A DNA stretch of 64,000 nt from Pristiophorus japonicus (lineage: Eukaryota), in assembly GCF_044704955.1 (NCBI RefSeq), contig NC_091992.1:122946001-123010000 (forward strand). Reading direction: 5' to 3'. Positions 35,114 through 49,424 of this stretch are shown here, piece by piece. Both the position numbers and the translations under genes were made by a program. Position 1 is the first letter of the stretch, and the number at the start of each line of letters is the position of its first letter. A model generated the notes under the pieces. That model did no database searches. It was not told the origin of the DNA and saw only the letters and a program-made list of their open reading frames with translations.

Positions 35114-37605
35114 CTGCAGTTATAATGGGTGACTTTAATATGCACATAGATTGGGCTAGCCAAACTGGAAGCAATACGGTGGAGGAAGATTTCCTGGAGT
35201 GCATAAGGGATGGTTTTCTAGACCAATATGTTGAGGAACCAACTAGGGGGGAGGCCATCTTAGACTGGGTGTTGTGTAATGAGAGAGGATTAATTAGCAA
35301 TCTCATTGTGCGAGGCCCCTTGGGGAAGAGTGACCATAATATGGTGGAATTCTGCATTAGGATGGAGAATGAAACAGTAAATTCACAGACCATGGTCCAG
35401 AACTTAAAGAAGGGTAACTTTGAAGGTATGAGGCGTGAATTGGCTAGGATAGATTGGCGAATGATACTTAGGGGGTTGACTGTGGATGGGCAATGGCAGA
35501 CATTTAGAGACCGCATGGATGAATTACAACAATTGTACATTCCTGTCTGGCGTAAAAATTAAAAAGGGAAGGTGGCTCAACCGTGGCTATCTAGGGAAAT
35601 CAGGGATAGTATTAAAGCCAAGGAAGTGGCATACAAATTGGCCAGAAATAGCAGCGAACCTGGGGACTGGGAGAAATTTAGAACTCAGCAGAGGAGGACA
35701 AAGGGTTTGATTAGGGCAGGGAAAATGGAGTACGAGAAGAAGCTTGCAGGGAACATTAAGACGGATTGCAAAAGTTTCTATAGATATGTAAAGAGAAAAA
35801 GGTTAGTAAAAACAAACATAGGTCCCCTGCAGTCAGAATCAGGGGAAGTCATAACGGGGAACAAAGAAATGGCAGACCAATTGAACAAGTACTTTGGTTC
35901 GGTATTCACTAAGGAGGACACAAACAACCTTCCGGATATAAAAGGGGTCAGAGGGTCTAGTAAGGAGGGGGAACTGAGGGAAATCTTTATTAGTCGGGAA
36001 ATTGTGTTGGGGAAATTGATGGGATTGAAGGCCGATAAATCCCCAGGGCCTGATGGACTGCATCCCAGAGTACTTAAGGAGGTGGCCTTGGAAATAGCGG
36101 ATGCATTGACAGTCATTTTCCAACATTCCATTGACTCGATCAGTTCCTATGGAGTGGAGTGTATCCAATGTAACCCTACTTTTTAAAAAAGGAGGGAGAG
36201 AGAAAACAGGGAATTATAGACCGGTCAGCCTGACCTCAGTAGTGGGTAAAATGATGGAATCAATTATTAAGGATGTCATAGCAGTGCATCTGGAAAATGG
36301 TGACATGATAGGTCCAAGTCAGCATGGATTTGTGAAAGGGAAATCATGCTTGACAAATCTTCTGGAATTTTTTGAGGATGTTTCCAGTAAAGTGGACAAA
36401 GGAGAACCAGTTGATGTGGTATATTTGGACTTTCAGAAGGCTTTCGACAAGGTCCCACACAAGAGATTAATGTGCAAAGTTAAAGCACATGGGATTGGGG
36501 GTAGTGTGCTGACGTGGATTGAGAACTGGTTGGCAGACAGGAAGCAACGAGTAGGAGTAAATGGGTACTTTTCAGAATGGCACGCAGTGATTAGTGGGGT
36601 GCCGCAAGGTTCTGTGCTGGGGCCCCAGCTGTTTACATTGTACATTAATGATTTAGATGAGGGGATTAAATGTAGTATCTCCAAATTTGCGGATGACACT
36701 AAGTTGGGTGGCAGTGTGAGCTTCGAGGAGGATGCAGAGTGACTTGGTTAGGTGAGTGGGCAAATGCATGGCAGATGAAGTATAATGTGGATAAATGTGA
36801 GGTTATCCACTTTGGTGGTAAAAACAGAGAGACAGACTATTATCTGAATGGTGACAGATTAGGAAAAGGGAAGGTGCAACGAGACCTGGGTGTCATGGTA
36901 CATCAGTCATTGAAGGTTAGTATGCAGGTACAGCAGGCGGTTAAGAAAGCAAATGGCATATTGGCCTTCATAGCGAGGGGATTTGAATACAGGGGCAGGG
37001 AGGTGTTGCTACAGTTGTACAGGGCCTTGGTGAGGCCACACCTGGAGTATTGTGTACAGTTTTGGTCTCCTAACTTGAGGAAGGACATTCTTACTATTGA
37101 GGGAGTGCAGCGAAGATTCACCAGACTGATTCCCGGGATGGCGGGACTAACCTATCAAGAAAGACTGGATCAACTGGGCTTGTATTCACTGGAGTTCAGA
37201 AGAATGAGAGGGGACCTCATGGAAACGTTTAAAATTCTGACGGGTTTAGACAGGTTAGATGCAGGAAGAATGTTCCCAATGTTGGGGAAGTCCAGAACCA
37301 GGGCTCACAGTCTGAGGATAAGGGGTAAGCCATTTAGGACCGAGATGAGGAGAAACTTCTTCACCCAGAGAGTGGTGAACCTGTGGAATTCTCTACCACA
37401 GAAAGTAGTTGAGGCCAATTCACTAAATATATTCAAAAGGGAGTTAGATGAAGTCCTTACTACTCGGGGGATCAAGGGTTATGGCGAGAAAGCAGGAAGG
37501 GGGTACTGAAGTTTCATGTTCAGCCATGAACTCATTGAATGGCGGTGCAGGCTAGAAGGGCTGAATGGCCTGCTCCTGCACCTATTTTCTATGTTTCTAT
37601 GTTTC
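35114..37605 (+). mobile_element. CR1 LINE, subfamily B variant, from the end of the AP endonuclease through RT
   Basis: IMGDFN, ILDWVL and SDH endonuclease motifs; RT split over four ORFs by stops and frameshifts. Confidence 0.95.
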
Positions 37606-37619
37606 ACACCTTCCCTCTT

Positions 37620-38490
37620 CTAAACTTGAGCCCCTCCCCAGTTCGAGAGTTAGTTGTAATCTCAAACATGCTATCTGTGTTCAATTTATCACTTTCCCTT
37701 CAGTGTCTTCAATCTTTGAATAATACCTCCTCCTCTTCTCCAGAGTAAGCAGTCCTTTTCAACCTCCCCTTGTAGCTCAGATGTTTTGAGATCAGTTTGG
37801 TCTCCCTTTTCCGCACTGTCTCTAGTGCCTGGCTGTAATGTGGCAAGCAGAGTCTTGTACAGATCGATTGTCACCTCCCGAGATGTGTGCTCCAGCCCAC
37901 TGGCTACACATCCCCAAATCCTTAAACTGCTGCACACAGTTCTGTTGGCTGCCAATACCTGCCACGTCGCTCTCTTGTGTGTGAAGTTAGTTTAGTTAAC
38001 ATTCCCACCGTTTACTTCTCTCCCCAGCACTCATTACCTTGTATTTGTCCATAGTGAATACCAGCTGCCCACTCACCAACCCAACTTCTTAACCCCACTC
38101 TTCAGTTTGGTGGCATCTATAAACAGAGAGAGCTTTGTCTCTGGCCCCAGCTGCAACCTAACCTTGCCTACCAAAAATCTATCAGCCTCGGTCTTCAAAG
38201 CTTCAATTGACCCCGCATTCTCAGCCTTATGGGGGAGAGAGTTCCGGATTCCCCTTTGTGCGAGAAAGTGGCCAGGCTGTAATATTAAAATTCGGCACTG
38301 ACATGATGGACTGAATGGCCTCCTGCTGTGCCGTAAATGTCTCTGATTCTATGGTTACACCCCCTTGTTCTGGATTCCCCACCAGAGGAAATAGTTTCTC
38401 TGTTATCTACCCTATCAAATCATTTTATAATTGTAAACACCTCTATTAGATCACCCCCCCAATCTTCTATACGCCAGGGAATACGAGCTT
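37620..38490 (-). mobile_element. Old degenerate CR1-like fragments
   Basis: Minus ORF 37689-37955 (GLEHTSREVTIDLYKTL) resembles GxEYKSREVLLQLY; further remnants at 38175-38490. Confidence 0.55.
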
Positions 38491-39681
38491 TGTTTGTTAT
38501 TCACCTACATCTTCGAAGCGATGTACAAATTCCCCTGACTATCACTTCACTGGGGGCCTCTGGTGGAGAAGATGGCTGGTACAGTATACAAGTGTGAACA
38601 CCATTGAGAGTTGTGGGGGGGGTTCACACAGCAGGTGAGCAAAGCTCCCCAGAGCCCTGTTAAAGTTCACTGTTTCAAACCAGTTAACAGCCATGCAGCT
38701 GGATGCCTCATTTACTGCAACTCATTTAATCCATAAACTCAACAGCATCTGAAGTATTGCAACAAGCTGTTGTGACAGAAGGAGAATAATTAAGTGAAGA
38801 ATAATGTGCAACGCACATCACCCTCATGTTCTGTATAGTTTCCCCACGTATCGACAGTCATCGATGTAAGGTAACTAAACTTGTTGGCACAAGCATATGC
38901 TAGAGAGCATCATCCGTGCCCAGTGGTTGCGGTTATTGCATAAATAAACACGGTTTTAATATTCCGAGTAGCAAACTTGATGGGCTAGTCGGAAAGTCGT
39001 CTGGTGTATCGGCATGCATTGAGCAGTGTCCAACTTTACAAAGTCTGAAGTGCATGTAGAGTCACGCAGGATGGATTAGCAGGGTTTGTGTGGGAGGTTA
39101 AGCATTCTATATGGTCTGGGTAAGTATCAGATTTTAAAAAGAAAGGCCTGTCAATTTCGCAAAGAATATCGGTTTCTGTTTTGCAACATTCAACAAGGAA
39201 AGTTTTGGATTGTGCTGTGACACAATGCCCTGATGAATACTAGTTTTTTTAAAATTCATTCTCAGGGTGTGGACATCACTGGCAAGGCCAGCATTTATTG
39301 CCCATCGCTCATTGCCCCGAGAAGGTGATGGTGAGTTTCCTGAATGGCTGCAGGCCTTGCCTTGGTGCTCCTGTGATGGTGATATGGATGGAATTATAGG
39401 ATATTCGAGATCAGCCATGATCTTATTAAACGGCAGAGCAGGCTCGAGGGGCCAAATGGCCTACTGTTGCTCCTATTTCTCATGTTCTGGTATTGACTCA
39501 GCGACCCTGAAGGAACGGCTATATCCACATACTGCTGCCAATGATCAGAAGTTGACAAGAAGCATACTGCGCATTAATCTGGAATCGGAAGCCGGACGTT
39601 TCTGGTTTATTTTTCCCCAGAGCCCGCTCCCTCCCGGCATTTAGATGTTTTTTCTAACAAGTCTATAGGCCCCCCGAACAC

Positions 39682-42600
39682 CATCATCATAGGCAGTCCC
39701 TCGGAATCGAGGAAGACTTGCTTCCACTCTAAAAATGGGTCCTGTCATGTATCTCACACTACTGTACATAACTGTATCTTATCATGCTATACATGACTGT
39801 AATTAATAATGACCTGTAACCACAGCATACCTTACAACCAGGGGTACACTTGCAGGAGACACTGCATACCTGTTCCACACAGGTATATAAAGACAGGTCT
39901 CAGGCTAGTGTGGCATTCGAGAGCTGTGCAATAAAGATGCAGGTCCTGAGTGACCTTGACTTCAGCATGTGCCTCGTGTGAGTCTGTACTGCAGGGACAT
40001 GACTTTACAGTGGCAACAAGTTACGGGATCACAGAATCCACAGAATGGCGACCAACGGCTCAGATGAAAAATACAATGCTGGAAATAATTGGGAGGACTT
40101 TATAGAAAGGCTCCAGCAAAGCTTTGTAACCAAAGACTGGTTAGGCGACGATAAGGCAGACAAGAGAAGAGCCCATCTCTTGACCAGCTGTGGCTCGAAA
40201 ACATACGCCTTAATGAAGGACCTGCTGGCACCCGAGAAACCAGCAAGCAAGTCGTTTGAAGAGTTGAGCACACTGGTAAGAGACCACCTGAAGCCAGCGT
40301 GCAGCTTACACATGACCAGACACAGGTTCTACAACTACAGACGCTGTGTGGGCCAGAGCATACCTGACTTTGTGGCGGAATTTCGGAGGCTGGCTAGTTT
40401 ATGTGAGTTCTCCGATGAACTGAGGAGAGAAATGCTGAGAGACTTTTTCATTGAAGGAATAGGCCACGCAGGTATATTCCAAAAGCTCAGAGACCAAGAA
40501 CTTGACCCTAGAGGCAGCAGCACTGGTTGCACAAACATTCTTGGCAGGAGAAGAAGAAACGAGGTTGATCTACACTGCGGGTACGACAACTAACGAAACA
40601 TCGGAACAAGGGGTTCACAGCGTGAAACAAGCCGCTACTCCACACATAGGCAGGAGAGCAGGCCTTCAACAGCAGGCAGTGGCACCAGAAGCCATCAAGG
40701 GCCACATGAACGGCCGTTCACACCTCAACAACCCACAATGCGAGCAATCAACTACAAACTGAGAGAAGCTCAAGAGAGATCAGCCAGACGCAGCTCATCC
40801 TTCGGAAACAATGGAAGCGGTCTGTGCTGGAGATGTGGGGGAAGGCACTCATCAAGCGGGTGTCGATTTCAGCATGCCGTTTGCAGAAACTGCAACTATA
40901 CAGGGCATCTGGCCCGCATGTGCAGAAAAACAGCAACTCGGCTGGTATACGAATCGGAAGGGTCGGAAAGCGGACCAGAAGATGGTGGGGACAGTGCCAG
41001 GGACACCGAGGTACAGTGGGTCAACACGATCAATGGACACTGTTCTTACAACAAGACGCCTCCAATAATGATGAGGGTCCTAGTCAACGGGATACCCGTC
41101 AACATGGAACTGGATACGGGAGCGAGTCAATCTCTCATGAGCGCTCAACAATTTGAACAGCTGTGGCCGCACAAAAGCAAGGACCAAAACTCTCAAGGGT
41201 CGACACCAAACTAAGGACCGATACCAAAGAAATCGTCCCAGTCCTTGGCAGCGCCATGCTCTCAGTCACACACAAAGGGACAGTGAACCGACTTCCCCTG
41301 TGGATTGTCCCCGGAGATCTCCCAGCACTGCTGGGGAGAAGCTGGCTGGCAAAACTAAATTTGAAATGGGATGATGTTCACGCCATGTCATCAGAGGAAC
41401 GGACCTCCTGCTCAACAGTTCTAAGTCGATTTGAACATCTCTTTCAGTCAGGTGTAGGCACTTCAAAGGGGCTAAAGTTAAAATCTACATCACACAGGAT
41501 GCTAGACCGGTCCATCACAAGGCTAGAGCTGTGCCCTATGTGATGAGGGAAAAGATTGAACATGAACTGGACAGGCTTCTGCGGGATGGTATTATCTCAC
41601 CTGTGGAATTTAGCGACTGGGCAAGTCCCATCATCCCAGTCATGAAGCCTGATGGATCCGTACAAATCTGTGGGGATTACAAATCTAGCATAAACAGAGT
41701 CTCCCTACAGGACCAATACCCGCTGCCCAGAGTGGAGGACCTATTTGCCACATTGGCTGGAGGAAAACTTTTCTCGAAACTAGACCTCACATCTGCGTAC
41801 ATGATGCAAGAACTGACCGAAGAGTCTAAGCTACTCACCACCATCAACACACATCGAGGTCTTTTCATGTACAATCGATGCCCATTCGGCATCAGGTTGG
41901 CAGCTGCCATATTCCAGCACAACATGGAGAGTCTGCTCAAGTCCATCAAGTATGTCGTCTTGAAACACAACCGTCCCAAGACGACATACTTATCACGGGC
42001 AGGGACACCGACTCCCATCTCCGCAATTTGGAGGAAGTACTAAAGCGATTGGATCGGGTAGGCCTAAGAGTTAAGAAATCCAAGTGTCTGTTTCTTGTGC
42101 CCGAGGTTGAATTTTTGGGCAGAAGGATTGCCGCTGATGGAATCTGCCCAACAGAATCCAAAACCGAAGCAATTCGTCTGGCATCCAGGCCCCGGAATGT
42201 CTCGGAACTGCGCGCCTTTCTCGGGCTACTCAATTACTTTGGGAACTTTATGCAGAACTTAAGCACGCTGCTGGAGCCTCTCCATGTGCTACTCAGAAAG
42301 GGGTGCGATTAGTTTTGGGGGGACACCCAGGAACGCGCCTTCAATAAGGCACGCAATCTTCTATGTTCCATCAGTGTTTTGGCTTTTTTTGATGCCGGTA
42401 AAAAGCTAGTTCTTACATGTGATGCGTCAGCGTACGGGGTCGGGTGCGTTTTACAGCATGTCAATGGTGCGGGTAAATTACAACCCATAGCTTATGCCTC
42501 CAGGTCACTTTCGCGGGTGGAGCGCAGGTACGGTATGGTGGAGAAGGAGGCGCTCGCGTGCGTGTACGGTGTCAAAAAGATGCACCAATACCTTTTCGGG

Positions 42601-44750
42601 GCCAAGTTCGCGTTAGAAACCGACCACAAGCCCCTCACGTCCCTGCTATCCGAGAGCAAGGCAATAAACGCCAACGCCTCGGCGCGCATTCAACGGTGGG
42701 CACTCATGCTGGCATCTTACGACTATACAATAAGGCACAGACCAGGCACAGACAACTGTGCCGACGCGCTTAGCAGGCTACCCCTGGTGACCATGGACGG
42801 GTCTGACGAACAGGACTGTGAGATAGTCATGGCAATCAATGCCTTTGAGTCCACAGGTTCGCCCATGACGGCTCGCCAAATCAGAGCCTGGACGACCAGC
42901 GACCCCACATTATCCTTCGTCAAAAGATGTGTTTTAACTGGTGACTGGGCAGAGGCTCGCGATGTCTGCCCTGAGGAGATCAAACCTTTCCATAGGCGCA
43001 TGCATGAAATATCACTACAGGCAGACTGCCTGATGTGGGGCAGCCAAGTAGTTATGCCTCTGTGAGGCAGAGAGGCATTTGTCCGGGAGCTCCACCGCGA
43101 GCAGCCGGGGATTGTTCTCATGAAAGCCATAGCCAGATCCCACGTCTGGTGGCCTGGCATTGATGCGGACTTGGAGCTCTGCGTCCGACGGTGCACCATT
43201 TGTGCCCAACTCAGTAATGCCCCCAGGGAGGCCCCCCTGAGCCCCTGGCCCTGGCCCACCAAACCGTGGTCGCGGGTGCATGTAGACTATGCGGGCCCAT
43301 TCATGGGCAAAATGTTCCTCGTAGTCGTCGATGCATTTTCAAAGTGGATCGAATGCACCATTTTAAACTCGAGCACCACCTCCACCACTGTGGAGAGCCT
43401 TGGAACCATGTTTGCAATGCACGGAATGCCTGACATATTGGTCAGTGATAATGGTCTGTGCTTCACCAGCGCAGAATTCCAAGATTTTATAGTTGACCAC
43501 GGCATAAATCACGTTAAGACGGCACCGTTCAAGCCGGCCTCAAATGGCCAGGTGGAGCGAGCAGTGCAAATCATTAAACAAGGCATGCTTAAAATCCAAG
43601 GTCCCACGCTGCAGGGCCGCCTGTCGCGACTGCTGCTGGCATACAGATCTCGTCCGCATTCACTGACTGGGATCCCCCCCCCGCGCAACTATTGATGAAA
43701 CGGACCTTAAAAACAAGGCTCTCGTTAATCCTCCCAGATATGCATGAAATCGTTGAGGCAAAACGCCGTAAGCTGACTGAGTACCATGACCGAAATTCGA
43801 GGGGGAGATGGAATGAGATAGGGGACAAAATGTTTGTGCTAAACTATGGCAGGGGTCCCAAATGGCTTGCAGGGACAGTAACAGGCAAGGAAGGAAACGG
43901 GCTACTAGTGGTACCAATGGACAATGGCCAAACCTGCCGGAGGCATGTAGACCAAGTAAAAAGTAGGTTCACCAACAACACTGCAGAACCAGAGGCAGAC
44001 TACAATGTGGAACTCCCACCACACCTGGTGGACAGACAGAGGGAACAACCTGAGGAAAGGGCAGTCTCAACAGACAGCCCAGGCGAGACATCAACAATCA
44101 TACTGAACGAAACAGACAGCCCAGGCGAGATACCAACAATCACACTGAAAGAAAAACAGGCACCAAGGCAAACAACTGAACCACAACTAAGACGCTCCAC
44201 GCGAGAGCGTAGACCACCTGATTGACTGAATCTATAAAGACAATAAGACCTTGGGGGAGGGTGATGTCATGTATCTCACATTACTGTACATAACTATCTT
44301 ACCATGCTATACATGACTGTAACTAATAATGACCTGTAACCACAGCATACCTTACCACCAGGGGTGCACTTGCAGGAGACACTTGCATACCTGTTCCACA
44401 CAGGTATATAAAGACAGGTCTCAGGCAAGTGTGGCATTCAAGAACTGTGAAATAAAGGTGCAGGTCCTGAGTGACCTTGACTTCAGCATGTGCCTTGTGT
44501 GAGTCTGTACTGCAGGGACAGGACTTTACAGGTCCTTCGGTGGCTGAACAGTCCAATATAAGAACCATAGTCCCCGTCACAGTTGGGACATAGTTGTTGA
44601 AGGAAATGGAGGGCGGGACTGGTTTGCCGTGCGCTCTTTCCGCTGTCGGCGCTTGATTTCTGCATGCTCTTGGTGATGAGACTCGAGGTGCTCAGCGCCC
44701 TCCCGGATGCACTTCCTCCACTTAGGGCGGTCTTTGGCTAGGGACTCCCG
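39682..44750 (-). mobile_element. RTE LINE 3' fragment split by the Gypsy element (39682-39742 plus 44531-44750)
   Basis: Minus-strand CPNCD..GSYIGLFSH zinc-finger-like RTE C-terminus continues across the insertion into the (TGA)n tail. Confidence 0.75.
39743..44530 (+). mobile_element. Full-length, decayed Gypsy (Mag-like) LTR retrotransposon
   Basis: LTRs 39743-40009 and 44265-44530 (TG...CA), perfect 5-bp TSD GGTCC, PBS-like TGGCAACAAG, PPT. Gag with two zinc knuckles, LDTGA protease, RT, RNase H (CDAS, TDHKPL), integrase (HVDY, SDNG, ER), all broken by stops and frameshifts. Confidence 0.97.
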
Positions 44751-44751
44751 G

Positions 44752-47262
44752 GTGACTAACAGTAGCTACACTGTTGGACGGAGTATAAATCAAGAAATAA
44801 TGGAGGCTTGTAAAAAAGGAACGGCAATAATCATGGGAGATTTTAACCTTCACACTGATTGGACAAAGCAAATTGGCCAGGTTAGCCTTGAGGAAGAGTT
44901 CATAGTGTATCCGGGATAGTTTCCTTGAACAGTACGTTGCAGAACCAACCAGGGAGCAGGCTATCTTAGATCTGATCATGTGTAATGAGACACAATTAAT
45001 AAACGATCTCCGAGTAAAGGATCCTCTAGGAATGAGTGACCATAATGTGGTTGAATTTCAAATTCAGTTGGAGGGTGAGAAAGTTGGATCTCTAACCAGT
45101 GTCCTAAGCTTAAATAAAGACTACAAAGATATGAAGGCAGAGTTGGCTAAAGTGGACTGGGAAAATAGATTACAGAGTGGGACGGTTGATGAGCAGTGGC
45201 AAACATTTAAGGAGATATTTCATTACTCTCAACAAAACTATATCCCAATGAGAAGGAAAGGCTGTAAGAGAAGGGATTACCATCTGTGGCTAACTAATGA
45301 AATAAGGGATGTATTTAAAAACGAGGGCATACAATGTGACCAAGACTAGTGGGAGGCCAAAGGATTGGAAAACTTTTAAAAGCCAGCAAAGAATGACTAA
45401 AAAAAATAATAGAGAGGGACGATAGATTATGAAAGTAAACTAGCACGAAATATAAAAACAAATAGTAAAAGTTTCTACAGGTACATAAAAAGGAAAAGAG
45501 TGGCTAAAGTAAATGTTGGTCCTTAGAGGATGAGACTGGGGAATTAATAATGGGGAACAGGGAAATGGCAGAGACTTTGAACAAATATTTTGTAGTAGAA
45601 GACACAAAAAACATCCCAATAGTGGATAATCAAGGGGCTATAGGGAGGGGGGAATTTAATACAATCACTATCACTAAAGAAGTAGTACTCAGTAAAATAA
45701 TGGGATTAAAAGCAGACAAGTCCCCTGTACTTCATGGCTTGCATCCTAGCTTCCTTAAAGAAGTGGCTGCAGAGACAGTGGATACATTGGTTGTAATCTA
45801 CCAAAATTCCCTGGATTCTGGGGAAGTCCCAGCAGATTGGAAAACCGCAAATGTAATGCCCCTGTTTAAAAAAAGGCAGACAGAAAGCAGGAAACTATAG
45901 ACCAGTTAGCCTAACATCTGTCTTTGGGAAAATGCTGGAGTCCATTATTAAGGAAGCAGTAGCAGGACATTTGGAAAAGCATAATTCAATCAAGCAGAGT
46001 CAGCATGAAAGACAAATTTGCTGGAGTTCTTTGAGGATGTAACGAGCAGGGTGGAAAAGGGGGAACCTGTGGATGTGGTGTATTTGGATTTCCAGAAGGC
46101 ATTCGATAAGGTGCCACATAAAAGGTTACTGCACAAGATAAAAGTTCACGGGGTTGAGAGTAATATATTAGCATGGATTGAGGATTGGCTAACTAACAGA
46201 GAACAGAGAGTAGGGATAAACGGGTCATTTTCCGGTTGACAAACAGTAACTAATGGGGTGCCGCAGGGATCGGTGCTGGGGCCTCAACTATTTAGAATCT
46301 ATATTAATGACTTGGATGAAGGGACCGAATGTAATGTAACCAAGTTTGCTGATAATACAAAGATGAGTGGGAAAGCAAATTGTGAGGAGGACACACAAAA
46401 TCTGCAAAGGGATATAGACAGGCTAAATAAGTGGGCAAAAATTTGGCAGATGGAGTATAATGTGGGAAAATGTGAGGTTATCCACTTTGGCAGAAAAAAT
46501 AGAAAAGTAAATTATAATTTAAATGTAGAAAAATTGCAAAGTGTTGCAGTTCAGAGGGACCTGGGGGTCCTTGTGCCTGAAACACAAAAAGTTAGTATGC
46601 AGGTACAGCAAGTAATCAGGAAGGCAAATGGAATGTTGGCCTTTATTGCAAGGGGGATAGAGTATAAAGGCAGAGATGGCCTGCTACAACTGTACAGGGT
46701 ATTGGTGAGGCCACACCTGGGGTACTGCGTACAGTTTTGGTCTCCGTATTTAAGGAAGGATATACTTGCATTGGAGGCTGTTCAGAGAAGGTTCACTAGG
46801 TTGATTCTGGAGATGAGGGGGTTGACTTATGAAGATAGGTTGAGTAGGTTGGGCCTATACTCATTGGAGTTCAGAAGAATGAGAGGTGATCTTATCGAAA
46901 CATATAAGATAATGAGAGGGCTCAACAAGTTGGATGCAAAGAGTATATTTCCACTGATAGGGGAAACTAAAACTAGAGGGAATAGTCTCAGAATAAGGGG
47001 CCGTCCATTTAAACCTGAGATGAGGAATTTCTTCTCTCAGAGGGTTGAAAATCTGTGGAATTCTCTGCCCCAGAGAGCTGTGGAGGCTGGGTCACTGAAT
47101 AGATTTACGGCGGAGATAGATTTTTGAGCAATAAGGGAATAAAGGGTTATGGGGCGCGGGCAGGGTAGTGGAGCTGAGTCCATGATCAGATCAGCCATGC
47201 TCTTATTAAATGGCGGAGCAGGCTCGAGGGGTCAAATGGCCTATTCCTGCTCCGACTTCTTG
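44752..47262 (+). mobile_element. CR1 LINE, subfamily A, from the end of the endonuclease through RT
   Basis: IMGDFN and SDH motifs; RT ORFs 46018-46239 and 46258-47127; degenerate tail. Confidence 0.93.
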
Positions 47263-48087
47263 TGTTGTTGTGAGCCCGCTCCTGAACATACCGGAAATGC
47301 ACACACATGCAGAACGCTTCTTCGCAGCTTCTGGATTTTTGGCAGCTGTTGCACCCTTCTTCGTAATGTATTAGAAAGGAGATGATTGTGTTCACCTCCT
47401 GTCCTGGCACGTATCTCCATCATGTTTGGGGATGAGCACATTTTTTCATTACACTTAGACTTGTTTGGCTGAAATTACACATTTAGAGAATGATTTCTGG
47501 TTATTTTGCAACTCGTAATTTTTATGCAAATATTTTACTTCTGATTCAGTGATGATGCTGGCCATCAGTGACACACGGGGCCCTGAGATAGGGCAGCGGA
47601 GGTGGGACATTACCCCATCTCCCTTCCCCACGCCCCAGGCCAGGCATCTTTCGCAGGTGATAGGCATTTTTGTTCCTTCTTAAATGTGAAGGTTTCCATG
47701 TTGTGGTCTCGGCTGGTTGGAAGATAACTGAAGACAGATGCGCTAGGTAGAGAAAGTCACGAGATGGGTTGATGTTCATGTACTGTTAAAGTGACATGTG
47801 TCTTCAATAAGCTTCCCATGCAGCAATTCCTGATGGCCAAATCACTTCCCGTAACTATGCAAGACGGCGCCTTTATCTCTGGATGTAATAGTAAATATGG
47901 TTCGTATTTAGGGTGAGCCACTCAGGGAACGGCTGTATAGCTGGAGACACACGCTGTATTTCCAAGCTTTGCGTTTGTTTAAAAATGAACGTCAGCTTAA
48001 CTGGATGCCACGGGAAAACATTTGCTAAGATTTACTGGGAAATCTCACAACTTTAAATAATGACTGTATCTCTCTTCTCCTTCGCAG

Positions 48088-48176
48088 TCATGTGTCATTG
48101 CCGGGAGAGGGGAGCGGAACTGATTGTCGGTGATCAGGCACACATCCATATCTATGAACAGGGAGGCAGTGCTCAG
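48088..48176 (+). CDS. THA1: L-threonine aldolase internal exon, (V)MCHCRERGAELIVGDQAHIHIYEQGGSAQ
   Basis: Acceptor tctcttctccttcgcag, donor gtacag, 89 nt, phase 1-0. Joins the previous exon in frame (G+TC=Val) and carries the HxxxYExGG motif. Confidence 0.93.
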
Positions 48177-49244
48177 GTACAGCAACACACCAGCTTGTTC
48201 CGTCCTTCGTGTTTGGAGCCAGGGCGTAAGAGACCATGATACTTGAACGTATCCTCTTGATTAAGCCATTTAGTCAACAGCACAATGCGTCCCTGCCTCT
48301 GTGTTTTGTAGTAAACCTCAAAACGACGTTAACTAAACATGGGTTTGTCGTTGGTGGAGCGGTGGGAGGGAGGGGTACATGCTTGATCCTGTAGTACGGG
48401 AAGTCTAAGTTAAACCTGCTGGGGGTTTGAGGACTGCTGGGCCTTCTCAGCTTTCCACGCGGTTTGCAAACCAAACACTTCTGCAATCTTTTCTCTATAT
48501 TTGCAGTGCTAATTGCCAAGTAGCAGCTTGCCATGTGCCCTGCTAAACCGCCAAAGATATCTTTTGTACACAAGAAAGGTCCCATGGCAGTGTATTGACT
48601 AAAACCCAGTACAGGTACAGCCTAGCACCCAAACAGTAGCTGTTCCGAGTTCCGAACCCTAACCCCACAATCCCTGTGCTGGGAGAAGGAATGCTCCACC
48701 ACAGTCCCCTAAGAAGCCTCCCATAATTAGCACAACCACTTTTATTTTTATTTTTTGGCTTGAGGTTTTTCTTGGTGGGTTTTTCCGCTCATCGATGCAG
48801 CGGAGGAGCTGGGAAATAGAGCATTGTTTTATCATCCAATGTCAGCATTGTCACTCCCACATGCAGAGCCCTGCGTTTCCCACATTACAACAGTGTGAAA
48901 CGGCTGTGAAACGCTTTGAGACGCCTGGTGGTCGTGAAAGGCGCTATATAAATGCAAGATGTTCCGTAAAGCTCCCCCCCGCCCCTCCCTCCAGTTTGCA
49001 GCACTGTGTATCTATGCCCTAAACATTAGAATTTGTGTCCCACTGCTGCTACTTTCTCCACCAGCCACCTTTCTGCGGGTTAGCAGGCTGAGAGCGCAGG
49101 GTTTTGTTTCGAAGCTGCACCTCTACCTCCTTATAGCTAATGCTCCGTCCCTGTAGTTGCCCACGCGGCATCAACTTTGATTCTGACAGAGACCGATTTT
49201 GTTGTAGAATTTTGAGCGTCTTCTTAATAAAGCCCAAAGAGTCA

Positions 49245-49410
49245 GCCTGGGCTCAGTGGTATCCACTCTTGAGCAAGAGGGTCATGGGTCAAGGCCCACT
49301 GCAGAGACCTGAGCACGTAATGCAGGCTGACGATTCAGCGCAATACCGAGGGAGTGCTGCACTGTCGGCGGTGCCGTCTTTCGGATGAGACGTTAAACCG
49401 AGGCACCCTT
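49245..49410 (+). mobile_element. Deu-domain tRNA SINE 5' part
   Basis: gggagtgctgcactgtcggcggtgccgtctttcggatgagacgttaaaccgagg core after a tRNA-like head. Confidence 0.75.
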
Positions 49411-49424
49411 GTGAAAGAAAGATC

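Noticed and set aside
38839-38870. 32-nt sense micro-exon (ttctgtatag ... gtaact)
   Set aside because: It would frameshift THA1, and the flanking exons already join without a gap.
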